Below are positions 1 to 9,210 of a DNA stretch of 64,000 nucleotides, piece by piece. Under the pieces are notes generated by a model that did no database searches, was not told the DNA's origin, and saw nothing but the letters and a program-made list of their open reading frames with translations. Source of the stretch: a candidate division WOR-3 bacterium. GTDB lineage: Bacteria; Hydrothermota; 32-111. Where the stretch lies: the NCBI GenBank assembly GCA_037481815.1, contig JBBFKX010000001.1, positions 576,001 to 640,000 on the forward strand. Reading direction: 5' to 3'. Position numbers and translations under genes: made by a program. Every line of letters begins with the position of its first letter. The first letter of the stretch is position 1.

Positions 1-300
1 TCCTTCAAGTTGTGCCTTGTATTCTCTTGCTTCGAGTATGAGTTCTTTTGAAAAACCGTTTGTCACGCCTAAAACCATGTTGTTGATAAGAGATCTCATC
101 GTTCCCTGATTCATGTTCGATATTTTAGATTTTTCTACATCTTCAACGATTATATTATCATTTTCAACTTTGACTTTAAGCCCGGGTAAAATATCTTTTT
201 TCAACGTGCCCAGTTTACCTTTTACGATAATCACATTGTCTTTAACCTCTACTGTAACTTCCTGCGGTTTACTTATAGGTAATTTTCCTAATCTTGACAT
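1..300 (-). CDS. rplF: 50S ribosomal protein L6 (5' part, runs off the window edge)
   Basis: Hand translation from the ATG at 300 gives MSRLGKLPISKPQEV...; GGAGG Shine-Dalgarno upstream; follows rpsH in spc order. Confidence 0.93.
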   Translation of the reverse strand, partial: MSRLGKLPISKPQEVTVEVKDNVIIVKGKLGTLKKDILPGLKVKVENDNIIVEDVEKSKISNMNQGTMRSLINNMVLGVTNGFSKELILEAREYKAQLEG

Positions 301-311
301 TTTTCCTCCTG

Positions 312-716
312 TTACCAGATCCTGCAAATAACTTCACCACCGACTTTCTTTCTTCTTGCCTCTTTATCAGTTATCAATCCCTGATTCGTTGATACTATCG
401 AAATCCCCATACCACCCATAACAGGTTTCAACTCTTTATAGGATTTGTATATTCTAATACCAGGTTTTGAAATCTTCTCGATCGAATGGATAACTGGATA
501 CCCGTTTTTGTCATATTTCAAAAATATTTCCAAAAACTTTCTTTTTCCTTCTGCCTTTTCGATCTCTTTGAAATCCTTTATGTAACCTTCTCTTTTGACG
601 ATTTCAAGAATCGATTTTTTTATTTTAGAGCTATTAACTATAACCTTATCTAATTTTGCTCTCTGTGCATTTCTTATTACAGTAAGCATATCAGCAATTG
701 GATCAGTAATCGTCAT
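312..716 (-). CDS. rpsH: 30S ribosomal protein S8
   Basis: TDPIADMLTVIRNA...SKPGIRIY...GGEVICRIW. Confidence 0.98.
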   Translation of the reverse strand: MTITDPIADMLTVIRNAQRAKLDKVIVNSSKIKKSILEIVKREGYIKDFKEIEKAEGKRKFLEIFLKYDKNGYPVIHSIEKISKPGIRIYKSYKELKPVMGGMGISIVSTNQGLITDKEARRKKVGGEVICRIW

Positions 717-727
717 CTAAATCCTCC

Positions 728-913
728 TTACCAACTTGACTTTTTAACGCCAGGAAGCAAACCTTTATGTGCCATCTCTCTTAAACATATCCTGCACAAA
801 CCAAAATCCCTGTAATATCCTCTCGGTCTTCCACATACCTGACATCTATTTCTCTTTCTGATTTTAAATTTTCTATCTCTTTCATTTTTGATAATTAAAC
901 TTTTTTTCGCCAT
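728..913 (-). CDS. rpsN: 30S ribosomal protein S14, Zn-binding type Z
   Basis: [21 protein letters not shown]...PGVKKSSW. Confidence 0.98.
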   Translation of the reverse strand: MAKKSLIIKNERDRKFKIRKRNRCQVCGRPRGYYRDFGLCRICLREMAHKGLLPGVKKSSW

Positions 914-925
914 CAAATTCCTCCA

Positions 926-1465
926 TCACTTTTTAAAGGGCATCCCGAGTTTTTTAAGTAAAGCGTAAGAATGTTGATCATTTTTTGATTTTATAACGAA
1001 AGTTATATTCATTCCAAAAGAATATTTTATCTTATCATATTCTATTTCCGGAAAAATCACATGGTCTGTTATGCCGAGGTTAAAATTGCCTCTTCCATCA
1101 AAAGAATCGTTCGATATACCCCTAAAATCTCTTATCCTTGGGATCGCAGCGTTGAAAAATCTTTCCATAAACTCATACATTCTATTTCTTCTTAGAGTAA
1201 CTTTTAAACCGACCTTTGCCCCTTTTCTCAATTTAAAATTGGATATCGATTTCCTTGCTGTTGTGACAAGTGGTTTTTGTCCACATATTGCTGAAAGATC
1301 CTTTATCGCTTCATCAAGCATCGCCTTATCAGCTATCGCTTTTCCAAGTCCCATTGAAATAACGATCTTCTCAATCTTTGGAACTTCATTTATATTTTTC
1401 AATTTCAACTCTTTCATCAACTCTTTTTTGATCTTGCTGTCATAAAGTTTTTTTAATTCCGACAT
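926..1465 (-). CDS. rplE: 50S ribosomal protein L5
   Basis: VPKIEKIVISMG, PRIRDFRG, SFDGRGN; ATG at 1465 has a GAGG SD. Confidence 0.98.
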   Translation of the reverse strand: MSELKKLYDSKIKKELMKELKLKNINEVPKIEKIVISMGLGKAIADKAMLDEAIKDLSAICGQKPLVTTARKSISNFKLRKGAKVGLKVTLRRNRMYEFMERFFNAAIPRIRDFRGISNDSFDGRGNFNLGITDHVIFPEIEYDKIKYSFGMNITFVIKSKNDQHSYALLKKLGMPFKK

Positions 1466-1467
1466 AT

Positions 1468-1788
1468 TTACCTCACTATCATCTCTCTGCAATTTTTACA
1501 GTATCTTACACTCTTATTTTCACTTTTTGTATGTCCAACTCTTGTTGGTGTATTACATTTTGGACAAACAAGCATCAAATTAGATAAACTCACCGGTGCT
1601 TCTTTTTCGATTATTCCACTCTTTTCGCCCTGTTTTCTTGCTCTCTGATGTTTTTTTACGATGTTGACTCCTTCAACTATAGCTTTTCTTTTCTCTCTTA
1701 ATACTTTTAAAACTTTTCCTTTTTTTCCTTTATCTTCACCCTTGATCACCATAACAAGATCATCTTTTCTGATATTAAACTTTTCCAT
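1468..1788 (-). CDS. rplX: 50S ribosomal protein L24
   Basis: KOW motif GEDKGKKGKV, VEGVN, CPKC...CKNC. Confidence 0.97.
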   Translation of the reverse strand: MEKFNIRKDDLVMVIKGEDKGKKGKVLKVLREKRKAIVEGVNIVKKHQRARKQGEKSGIIEKEAPVSLSNLMLVCPKCNTPTRVGHTKSENKSVRYCKNCREMIVR

Positions 1789-2157
1789 TTATACTACCTC
1801 CGGTGCGAGTGAGACGATTTTCATGAACTTTTTTTCTCTCAACTCTCTTGCAACTGGGCCAAATATTCTTGTTCCTTTTGGCTCACCAGCATTATCGATT
1901 ATCACGCATGCGTTATCATCAAATCTTATGTATGATCCATCTTTTCTTCTGTGTTCTTTATGGACTCTTACGATGACAGCTCTGACCTTATCACCTTTTT
2001 TTATCTGTGATTCAGGTATAGCATCAACAACCGAGGCAATTATAACATCACCTAGAAATCCATATTTTTTTCTTGTTCCACCTAAAACTTTTATACATTT
2101 AACCCTTTTGACTCCAGTGTTATCAGCGATATTAAGGCGAGAATATTCCTGTATCAT
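1789..2157 (-). CDS. rplN: 50S ribosomal protein L14
   Basis: MIQ...[30 protein letters not shown]. Confidence 0.99.
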   Translation of the reverse strand: MIQEYSRLNIADNTGVKRVKCIKVLGGTRKKYGFLGDVIIASVVDAIPESQIKKGDKVRAVIVRVHKEHRRKDGSYIRFDDNACVIIDNAGEPKGTRIFGPVARELREKKFMKIVSLAPEVV

Positions 2158-2170
2158 TGTTCCTCACTTT

Positions 2171-2434
2171 TTAATCAACTGTTTGGGCCTTTTTTACTAT
2201 TTCTATCAAACGGAATCTTTTCCTTTTAGATAAAGGCCTTGTTTCCTGCACTTTCACTATATCTCCAATCTGAGCTTCATTCTTTTCATCATGTGCCATC
2301 AATTTGTATTTTCTGTTAATATACTTTTTATATAAAGGATGCATTTTTTTTCTGTTCACAAGAACAACTATAGATTTGTTCATCCTGTTGGAAACAACCT
2401 CTCCAGTATAAACTTTTCTTTTTACATTTTCCAT
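2171..2434 (-). CDS. rpsQ: 30S ribosomal protein S17
   Basis: [30 protein letters not shown]. Confidence 0.98.
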   Translation of the reverse strand: MENVKRKVYTGEVVSNRMNKSIVVLVNRKKMHPLYKKYINRKYKLMAHDEKNEAQIGDIVKVQETRPLSKRKRFRLIEIVKKAQTVD

Positions 2435-2435
2435 T

Positions 2436-2630
2436 TTAACTCCTATTTTCTCTCTCTCTTTTAACTGTAAGAATTCTTGCTATATCTTTTCTTAAATTTC
2501 TGAACTGTGCATTATTAGTGATTTCAGTTGTTTTCGCTTTTATTCTCAACAGAAAAAGTTGTTCCTGAAGTTCATGTAATTTTGAATCAAGTTCTTTAAG
2601 GTTCATCTCTCTTATATCTTTAATTTTCAT
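2436..2630 (-). CDS. rpmC: 50S ribosomal protein L29
   Basis: [10 protein letters not shown] motif; lies between rplP and rpsQ. Confidence 0.96.
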   Translation of the reverse strand: MKIKDIREMNLKELDSKLHELQEQLFLLRIKAKTTEITNNAQFRNLRKDIARILTVKRERENRS

Positions 2631-3046
2631 CACAAAACTCCTTCTCTTTTAACAAATCTTATTCTGACAGGCAGTTTATGGGAACACAACTCTGCTGCCT
2701 TTTTTGCCATCTCTTCAGAAATACCCGCCATTTCAAACATAACCTTCCCAGGTTTAACAACAGCAACCCAGAACTCTGGAGCACCTTTTCCTTTACCCAT
2801 TCTTGTTTCCGCAGGTTTTTTTGTTACAGGTTTATCCGGGAATATTCTTATCCACAATTTTCCATCTTTCTGTAAAACTCTCTGTATCGCAACTCTTGCC
2901 GCTTCTATCTGCCTTGCTGTAACCCATCCACAATCGGTTGCCTGAACACCATAGTCACCAAAAGCAACGGTATAACCACCCTTGGCAGATCCTTTCATCC
3001 TTCCTCTCTGCTGTTTTCTAAACTTGACCCTTTTTGGCATCAACAT
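2630..3046 (-). CDS. rplP: 50S ribosomal protein L16
   Basis: [31 protein letters not shown]. Confidence 0.99.
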   Translation of the reverse strand: MLMPKRVKFRKQQRGRMKGSAKGGYTVAFGDYGVQATDCGWVTARQIEAARVAIQRVLQKDGKLWIRIFPDKPVTKKPAETRMGKGKGAPEFWVAVVKPGKVMFEMAGISEEMAKKAAELCSHKLPVRIRFVKREGVL

Positions 3047-3062
3047 AAAATATTCTCCTTAT

Positions 3063-3773
3063 TTATTTTTTCTTTTTAATCTTAACATTCACTTCATCGC
3101 TTTGAATTCTATCTGTCGGTATCTCTCCTCTATAGATCCATACTTTCACTCCAATAGCTCCCGCTGTGGTTCTGGATATTTCATAGCCATAATCTATATC
3201 CGATCTTAATGTTTGCAATGGAACTCTTCCCTCTCTGTACCATTCTGTTCTCGCAATTTCTGCTCCATTCAATCTACCACCACAGGAGACCTTTATTCCT
3301 TCAGCACCTGCTTTCAACGCATTCTGAACAGCTTTTTTCATAGCCCTTTTGTAGGCAACTCTTTTTTCTATCTGTCTTGCAATGTTCTCAGCTACGAGTT
3401 GTGCATCGAGTGCAGAATTTTCTATTTCGTTTATGTTAATGTCAACCTCTTCTTTATTAAAATATTTTTTGATTTCCTCTTTTAAAGTATCAACAACCTC
3501 TCCTTTGTTTCCGATTATTAAACCGGGTTTGGAGGTGAATATTATGATTTTAACTTTTTTCGATTTCCTTTCGATAACAATCCTCGAAATACCTGTCGTG
3601 TAGCCCTTTTTCTCAAGTTTTAAAGCTTCCTGTTCAGCTTTTGATCTAACATATTTCCTTATCTCGTTATCCTCTTTTAAAAGTTGAGGATAATCTCTAA
3701 GGTTGAACCATCTTGAATGCCAGTTTTTGTTTATTCCAACTCTAAAACCATAAGGATGAACTTTCTGTCCCAA
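3063..3773 (-). CDS. rpsC: 30S ribosomal protein S3 (TTG start)
   Basis: [38 protein letters not shown]. Confidence 0.99.
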   Translation of the reverse strand: MGQKVHPYGFRVGINKNWHSRWFNLRDYPQLLKEDNEIRKYVRSKAEQEALKLEKKGYTTGISRIVIERKSKKVKIIIFTSKPGLIIGNKGEVVDTLKEEIKKYFNKEEVDININEIENSALDAQLVAENIARQIEKRVAYKRAMKKAVQNALKAGAEGIKVSCGGRLNGAEIARTEWYREGRVPLQTLRSDIDYGYEISRTTAGAIGVKVWIYRGEIPTDRIQSDEVNVKIKKKK

Positions 3774-3786
3774 AAATAACCTCCGT

Positions 3787-4128
3787 TTATTTGTTTTCCA
3801 CTATTACTGTTATATGACTCGTTCTTTTTCTTATAAGAAAAGCCCTTCCTCTTGCTCTGGGCATATTCCTTTTCATCATCGGTCCACAGTTGACTTTTAT
3901 CTCTTTGATATAAAGATCATCTTCTGTCAGATTTTCTGCACCTTTCTGACTCAAAGCGTTTGCTGCAGCCGAATGGATAAGTTTGTAAAGAATCCTTGCA
4001 CTCTTTTTAGGTGTAAACTGTAATGTATAGAGTGCCTGGGTAACATTCATCCCTCTTACAAGATCAGCAGCAAGAACCGCTTTTTTTGAAGATATTCTAA
4101 TATATTTCGCTTGTGCTATCGCCTGCAT
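3787..4128 (-). CDS. rplV: 50S ribosomal protein L22
   Basis: [21 protein letters not shown]. Confidence 0.98.
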   Translation of the reverse strand: MQAIAQAKYIRISSKKAVLAADLVRGMNVTQALYTLQFTPKKSARILYKLIHSAAANALSQKGAENLTEDDLYIKEIKVNCGPMMKRNMPRARGRAFLIRKRTSHITVIVENK

Positions 4129-4138
4129 TTTTACTCCT

Positions 4139-4426
4139 TTATGAAGCTGTTACCTTTCCTTCTTTTCTATCTCCCGAATGCTGCCTGAATGTTCTTGTTG
4201 GTGCGAACTCACCGAGTCGATGTCCGACCATATTCTCGGTGATAAAAACTGGTATAAACTTTTTCCCGTTATGTATCGCAATTGTGTGTCCAACAAATTC
4301 AGGAGAAATCATAGAAGCCCTTTTATATGTTTTAATAACTTTTTTCTCGTTTTTCTCATTCATCATGATTATTTTTTTTCTTAATCTCTCATCAATATAA
4401 GGACCTTTTTTTAATGAACGTGTCAA
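4139..4426 (-). CDS. rpsS: 30S ribosomal protein S19 (TTG start)
   Basis: [26 protein letters not shown]. Confidence 0.99.
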   Translation of the reverse strand: MTRSLKKGPYIDERLRKKIIMMNEKNEKKVIKTYKRASMISPEFVGHTIAIHNGKKFIPVFITENMVGHRLGEFAPTRTFRQHSGDRKEGKVTAS

Positions 4427-4436
4427 GGTTATCCTC

Positions 4437-5264
4437 CTATTTTTTTCTTCTTGCTATAATATATTTATCAGAATATTTTTTCTTCTTTCTTGTTTTATAA
4501 CCTTTTGCAGGAAGACCATTTTCACTGCAGGGGTGTCTACCACCACTTGTCCTTCCTTCTCCACCACCCATCGGATGATCCACAGGATTCTTCGCAACAG
4601 CTCTCACTCTTGGTCTTATCCCTCTATGTCTTGATGAACCCGCTTTACCTATTACAACGGATGACCATTCCGAATTACCCACCTTTCCAACTGTTGCGAA
4701 ATTGTCCCCCCTTATAAGACGAACCTCTCCAGAAGGGAGTTTCACATGACACCAATCACCTTCTTTTGCAAGGATCTGTGCAGCTGAACCTGCAGAACGA
4801 ACTATCTGTCCCCCTTTTCCTTTGTTCAATTCTATGTTATGTATATCAAGTCCAACTGGAATATTTTTTAACGGAAGAGCATTACCAAGTTTTGCGGGAA
4901 CATTTAACCCAGAAATAATCTCATCGCCAACTTTCAATCCTTCAGGTGCGATTATATATCTTTTTTCACCATCAGGATAAACGATTAGTGCGATGAAGGA
5001 TGTTCTGTTGGGATCGTACTCTATGGATTTCACCTTTCCCGGGATATCGTATTTGTCCCTTTTAAAATCAATCAATCTGTACCTCTGTTTTGAACCACCA
5101 CCGATGAATTTGTTCGTTACCCTTCCAAGGTTGTTTCTTCCACCTGTTTTCTTAAGGTGTACAGTCAAAGATTTTTCAGGTTCTTTTTTGGTTATCTCTT
5201 CATATGAAAGATTCTTTTTAAATCTGAAACCTGGTGTGATCGGTTTATAACTTTTGAGTCCCAT
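4437..5264 (-). CDS. rplB: 50S ribosomal protein L2
   Basis: [22 protein letters not shown]. Confidence 0.99.
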   Translation of the reverse strand: MGLKSYKPITPGFRFKKNLSYEEITKKEPEKSLTVHLKKTGGRNNLGRVTNKFIGGGSKQRYRLIDFKRDKYDIPGKVKSIEYDPNRTSFIALIVYPDGEKRYIIAPEGLKVGDEIISGLNVPAKLGNALPLKNIPVGLDIHNIELNKGKGGQIVRSAGSAAQILAKEGDWCHVKLPSGEVRLIRGDNFATVGKVGNSEWSSVVIGKAGSSRHRGIRPRVRAVAKNPVDHPMGGGEGRTSGGRHPCSENGLPAKGYKTRKKKKYSDKYIIARRKK

Positions 5265-5269
5265 AATTA

Positions 5270-5560
5270 TCAAGCTCCTTCAAATATTTCTATTCTTTGA
5301 TTTTCTTTTAAAGTAACATATGCTTTCTTAATATCCTTCTGTTTTCCCAACACCATTCTTGTTCTTTTGATTTTTCCCTTTTCTATGAGAGTGTTTACAT
5401 TTTCGACTTTAACATTAAAAAGTTTTTCCACCGCACTTTTTATCTCTTTTTTGTTTGCCTTTTTATCAACTTCAAAAACGTATGTTCTTTTTTTACCTTC
5501 CACAAACACAGCTTTCTCTGTGATGAGTGGAGAAATAATTATTTTTCTTGGATCTTTCAT
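5270..5560 (-). CDS. rplW: 50S ribosomal protein L23
   Basis: [25 protein letters not shown]. Confidence 0.98.
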   Translation of the reverse strand: MKDPRKIIISPLITEKAVFVEGKKRTYVFEVDKKANKKEIKSAVEKLFNVKVENVNTLIEKGKIKRTRMVLGKQKDIKKAYVTLKENQRIEIFEGA

Positions 5561-6186
5561 AATGAAAACACCTCTTCTAATTTTTTTAATCCACTCTCAG
5601 TAAAAATAAGGTAATCTGAGTTCATCACAAAATATGGATTTATCTCGTGTGACATGATAACAAAAGTTCCATCCATATTTCTTACTGAATAGTAGAAGTT
5701 TTTGTTAAATTTTTCGTTAACAAAAAGTTTTTTATCAGTTTTTTCCATTTTCAACTTCTTCGTGAGTTCAGAAAAAGTTTTTGTTTTAGGTTTATCGATA
5801 TCAACATTTTCTATCACAAATATTCTATTCTCTTTAGCCTTTAAGGTTAAAGCTGATTTTAATGCTAATCTTTTGACTTTTTTGTTTGTTTTATAATACC
5901 AATCTTTCGGTTGTGGTCCAAAAGTTGTTCCACCACCTACCCAGAGAGGTGACCTTATACTTCCAGCTCTTGCTCTACCTGTTCCTTTCTGCCTCCAAGG
6001 TTTTTTACCACCACCCGAAACATCACCCCTTGTTTTCGTTTTAACGGTCCCCTGTCTCTGGTTGTTGAGATACTCTCTAATAGCTTCATATAGAGCATGC
6101 TCGTTAACTTCGACATTAAAAATATTTTCTGGAAGTTCTATTTTTCCTTTCTCTTCACCTTTCAATGAATAAACTACTACTTGCAT
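5557..6186 (-). CDS. rplD: 50S ribosomal protein L4
   Basis: RQGT, GGGKKPWRQKGTGRARAGSIRSP. Confidence 0.99.
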   Translation of the reverse strand: MQVVVYSLKGEEKGKIELPENIFNVEVNEHALYEAIREYLNNQRQGTVKTKTRGDVSGGGKKPWRQKGTGRARAGSIRSPLWVGGGTTFGPQPKDWYYKTNKKVKRLALKSALTLKAKENRIFVIENVDIDKPKTKTFSELTKKLKMEKTDKKLFVNEKFNKNFYYSVRNMDGTFVIMSHEINPYFVMNSDYLIFTESGLKKLEEVFSL

Positions 6187-6195
6187 CTTATCTCC

Positions 6196-6822
6196 TTATG
6201 CCTGCTTTATTATAACAAGTGAATTCATATGACCAGGTACAGCACCTTTCACCGCGAGTAAATTTTTTTCTTTATCTATTTTTACAATATTTAAATTTAA
6301 AACTGTTACAGTTTCATTTCCAAAATGTCCTGCCATTCTTTTTCCCTTATAAACTCTTCCAGGGAATGTATTTGAACCTATCGAACCAGGATGTCTATGC
6401 ACCTCGTGAGCACCATGTGAATCAGGTGCACCTGAAAAACCATGCCTTTTCATCCATCCAGCAAAACCTCTACCTTTACTTTTACCAGTAACATTTACTT
6501 TTTTTGAGGGATCAAGAATCGTAAGATCTATTTTCTCCCCGACATTTACACTGTCGATTATATTTTTATCAAATTTAATTTCTTTTATTATTCTCAAGGG
6601 ATTAACACCAATTTTTTTGAACTGTCCAAGATCGGGTTTGTTCGTTCTACTTTCTTTCTTTTCCTCGATTCCAAGTTTTAAAGCGTTGTAACCAAATTTA
6701 TCTTCTGTTTTCTTTTCAAGCACAGTGTTAGGTTCTACATAGATCAATGTCACCGGAACAACGTTACCTGAATCATCAAAAACCTGTGTCATTCCCACTT
6801 TTTTTCCAAGCAAACCTTTCAT
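6196..6822 (-). CDS. rplC: 50S ribosomal protein L3
   Basis: GKKVGMTQ, SKGRGFAG, HRHPGSIG, KGAVPG. Confidence 0.99.
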   Translation of the reverse strand: MKGLLGKKVGMTQVFDDSGNVVPVTLIYVEPNTVLEKKTEDKFGYNALKLGIEEKKESRTNKPDLGQFKKIGVNPLRIIKEIKFDKNIIDSVNVGEKIDLTILDPSKKVNVTGKSKGRGFAGWMKRHGFSGAPDSHGAHEVHRHPGSIGSNTFPGRVYKGKRMAGHFGNETVTVLNLNIVKIDKEKNLLAVKGAVPGHMNSLVIIKQA

Positions 6823-6835
6823 CTTATCCTCTCTT

Positions 6836-7159
6836 CTAATTTTCAAATGTAACTATCTCAATATCAACTCCAGCAGGAATATCAAGTCGTGTCAAGGCCT
6901 CCATCGTTTGTGGTGTTGATTTTGAAACGAATATTGCTCTTTTATGAACTCTTATTTCAAACTGTTCTCTCGATTTTTTATCGATATTGCTTGCTCTGTT
7001 AACCGTATAAACAGTTCTTTTTGTTGGTAATGGTATTGGACCAATTATTTCAGCATTAGTTTTTTTGGCTGTTTTCACAATATCTTTTGCTGCCTGATCG
7101 AGAAGTTGATGGTCGTAAGATTTCAGTTTTATTTTGTAATCGATTTTTTTTGCAACCAT
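6836..7159 (-). CDS. rpsJ: 30S ribosomal protein S10
   Basis: [22 protein letters not shown]. Confidence 0.99.
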   Translation of the reverse strand: MVAKKIDYKIKLKSYDHQLLDQAAKDIVKTAKKTNAEIIGPIPLPTKRTVYTVNRASNIDKKSREQFEIRVHKRAIFVSKSTPQTMEALTRLDIPAGVDIEIVTFEN

Positions 7160-7168
7160 TATTCCACC

Positions 7169-8368
7169 TTATTCTAATATTTCAGTTACAACACCGGCAC
7201 CAACAGTTCTTCCACCTTCTCTTATAGCAAACCTTAACTCCTTCTCCATCGCTATCGGTGTTATCAATTCAACTATAAACTCTGTGTTCTCCCCTGGCTT
7301 CACAAACTCCTGTCCAGGTGCCAACTCTATCGACCCTGTAACATCTGTAGTCCTGAAGAAAAATTGCGGCCTGTATCCACTCTTGAACGATGTACTCCTT
7401 CCACCTTCCTCTTTCGTCAACACATACACCTGACATTTAAACTTCTTGTGTGGTGTAACCGTCCCTGGCTTCGCCAACACCATACCCCTCTCTACTTCAT
7501 CCTTATCTATACCCCTCAACAAAACTCCCACATTGTCCCCCGCCTCAGCATAATCCAGTATCTTCTTAAACATCTCCAACGATGTAGCCACCGTCTTCTT
7601 GTGTGCACCCAATCCTATTATCTCCACTTCATCTCCTGCCTTTATCTGCCCTCTCTCCACTCTTCCAGTAGCCACAGTACCCCTTCCAGTTATACTGAAT
7701 ACATCCTCTATACTCATCAAAAATGGCTTATCCTTCTCTCTCACTGGATCTGGAAAATAATTGTCCACCGCATCCATTAATTCCAATATACATTTATACT
7801 CAGGTGCATTTATGTCCTGACTAGTACTCTCCAACGCCTTCAACGCACTTCCCCTGATCACAGGTATCTCATCACCCGGAAACTTGTTCGCCTTCAATGT
7901 GTCCCTTATGTCCATCTCCACTACATCCAATATCTCCGGATCATCCACCATATCAACCTTGTTCATAAACACTACTATACTCGGAACATTAACCTGCCTC
8001 GCCAACAATATATGCTCCCTCGTCTGGGGCATCGTTCCATCATTCGCACTCACCACCAATATAGCCCCATCCATCTGTGCAGCCCCCGTTATCATGTTCT
8101 TTATATAGTCAGCATGCCCAGGACAATCAACATGCGCATAATGCCTCTTATCCGTCTGGTACTCTATGTGTGCAACATTTATCGTTATACCCCTAGCCTT
8201 CTCCTCCGGTGCCTTATCTATCTGATCGTACGCTGTAAACTCAGCATACTTCTTCAAAGATAACACCTTCGTGATCGCAGCTGTCAACGTCGTCTTACCA
8301 TGATCCACATGCCCGATCGTCCCTATGTTCATATGAATCTTCGTCCTTTCAAATTTCTCCTTCGCCAT
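7169..8368 (-). CDS. tuf: Elongation factor Tu
   Basis: [47 protein letters not shown]. Confidence 0.99.
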   Translation of the reverse strand: MAKEKFERTKIHMNIGTIGHVDHGKTTLTAAITKVLSLKKYAEFTAYDQIDKAPEEKARGITINVAHIEYQTDKRHYAHVDCPGHADYIKNMITGAAQMDGAILVVSANDGTMPQTREHILLARQVNVPSIVVFMNKVDMVDDPEILDVVEMDIRDTLKANKFPGDEIPVIRGSALKALESTSQDINAPEYKCILELMDAVDNYFPDPVREKDKPFLMSIEDVFSITGRGTVATGRVERGQIKAGDEVEIIGLGAHKKTVATSLEMFKKILDYAEAGDNVGVLLRGIDKDEVERGMVLAKPGTVTPHKKFKCQVYVLTKEEGGRSTSFKSGYRPQFFFRTTDVTGSIELAPGQEFVKPGENTEFIVELITPIAMEKELRFAIREGGRTVGAGVVTEILE

Positions 8369-8441
8369 TTAATCCTCCTTAAAAGATTAAATAATTTTTT
8401 TACTTGTAGAAACACTTAACCAAAAAATTTTTAGAATTTGA

Positions 8442-8470
8442 AATATATACATTTTTTTTCATTTTGTCAA
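8442..8470 (-). promoter_or_regulatory. Sigma70-type promoter for tuf and the S10/spc operon
   Basis: TTGACA (8470-8465), 17 nt spacer, TATATT (8447-8442). Confidence 0.7.
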
Positions 8471-8611
8471 GAGGTAAATTAAAAAAATATGGAGAGTTAT
8501 TTCTAAATAGTGAAAATTCAATATGTTAATCGAGAAATAAAAAAAGGTATCCAGTTTGAAATAAGGAAAACTTTTTATATTACCAGTAAAATTTCAACTT
8601 AAAAAAAAATG

Positions 8612-8640
8612 TTGACAGTTTACTGTCAATAGTTTATAAT
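8612..8640 (+). promoter_or_regulatory. Consensus sigma70 promoter with an overlapping operator palindrome
   Basis: TTGACA (8612-8617), 17 nt spacer, TATAAT (8635-8640); inverted repeat TTGACAGT-TT-ACTGTCAA at 8612-8629. Confidence 0.85.
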
Positions 8641-8646
8641 TGTTAT

Positions 8647-9210
8647 ATGCAGAAAAAAAATATCATCTCACTCACTGAAATGCAAGAGGAAACAAAAACT
8701 TCAAAGGAGTTTTTGCTTAAACTGATTCAAAAAAAAATCATTTTTCCTGCCCAAAAAAATCCTGAACTATTTTTTTTTAATAAAGATATTCAGAAAATCA
8801 AGAAAATAGTTGAACTGAAACAGCTGGGATTCACAGATTACGAAATTACAAAAATAGCAAGAGAAGTAGGTTTTCCTCAGGAAAGAGAGGAGAGTGGTGA
8901 AAAATTGTATTCTATCGGTGAATTCTGTAAAAAATATAATCTTTCATCAAGAAGAATTAAATATTGGGAGGCACTTGGTCTGTTTTTCCCAGCTGTGAGA
9001 TCAAAAGGAGGAGTTCGACTTTACAAGGATTCGTTGATAATTCATATCAAATTTATAAACAACCTTCAAAAGATTGGATTCGAACTTGATGAAATAAAAT
9101 CGATAATTGAAAATTCAGATACTCAAAAAATTGAAAATAGGATTAAAGAACTTTATAATATAATAAATGAAATAAAACCAATAATAAAAAATATAAAAAA
9201 GTTAAAATGA
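8647..9210 (+). CDS. MerR-family transcriptional regulator with two tandem MerR-type HTH domains
   Basis: YSIGEFCKKYNLSSRRIKYWEALGL...RSKGGVRLY...LQKIGFELDEI; N-terminal copy ends LKQLGFTDYEI. Confidence 0.85.
   Translation: MQKKNIISLTEMQEETKTSKEFLLKLIQKKIIFPAQKNPELFFFNKDIQKIKKIVELKQLGFTDYEITKIAREVGFPQEREESGEKLYSIGEFCKKYNLSSRRIKYWEALGLFFPAVRSKGGVRLYKDSLIIHIKFINNLQKIGFELDEIKSIIENSDTQKIENRIKELYNIINEIKPIIKNIKKLK

Noticed and set aside
8601..8629. Minus-strand TTGACA in the palindrome as a second promoter for tuf
   Set aside because: The matching -10 position reads TTTTTT; a better tuf promoter lies at 8470-8442
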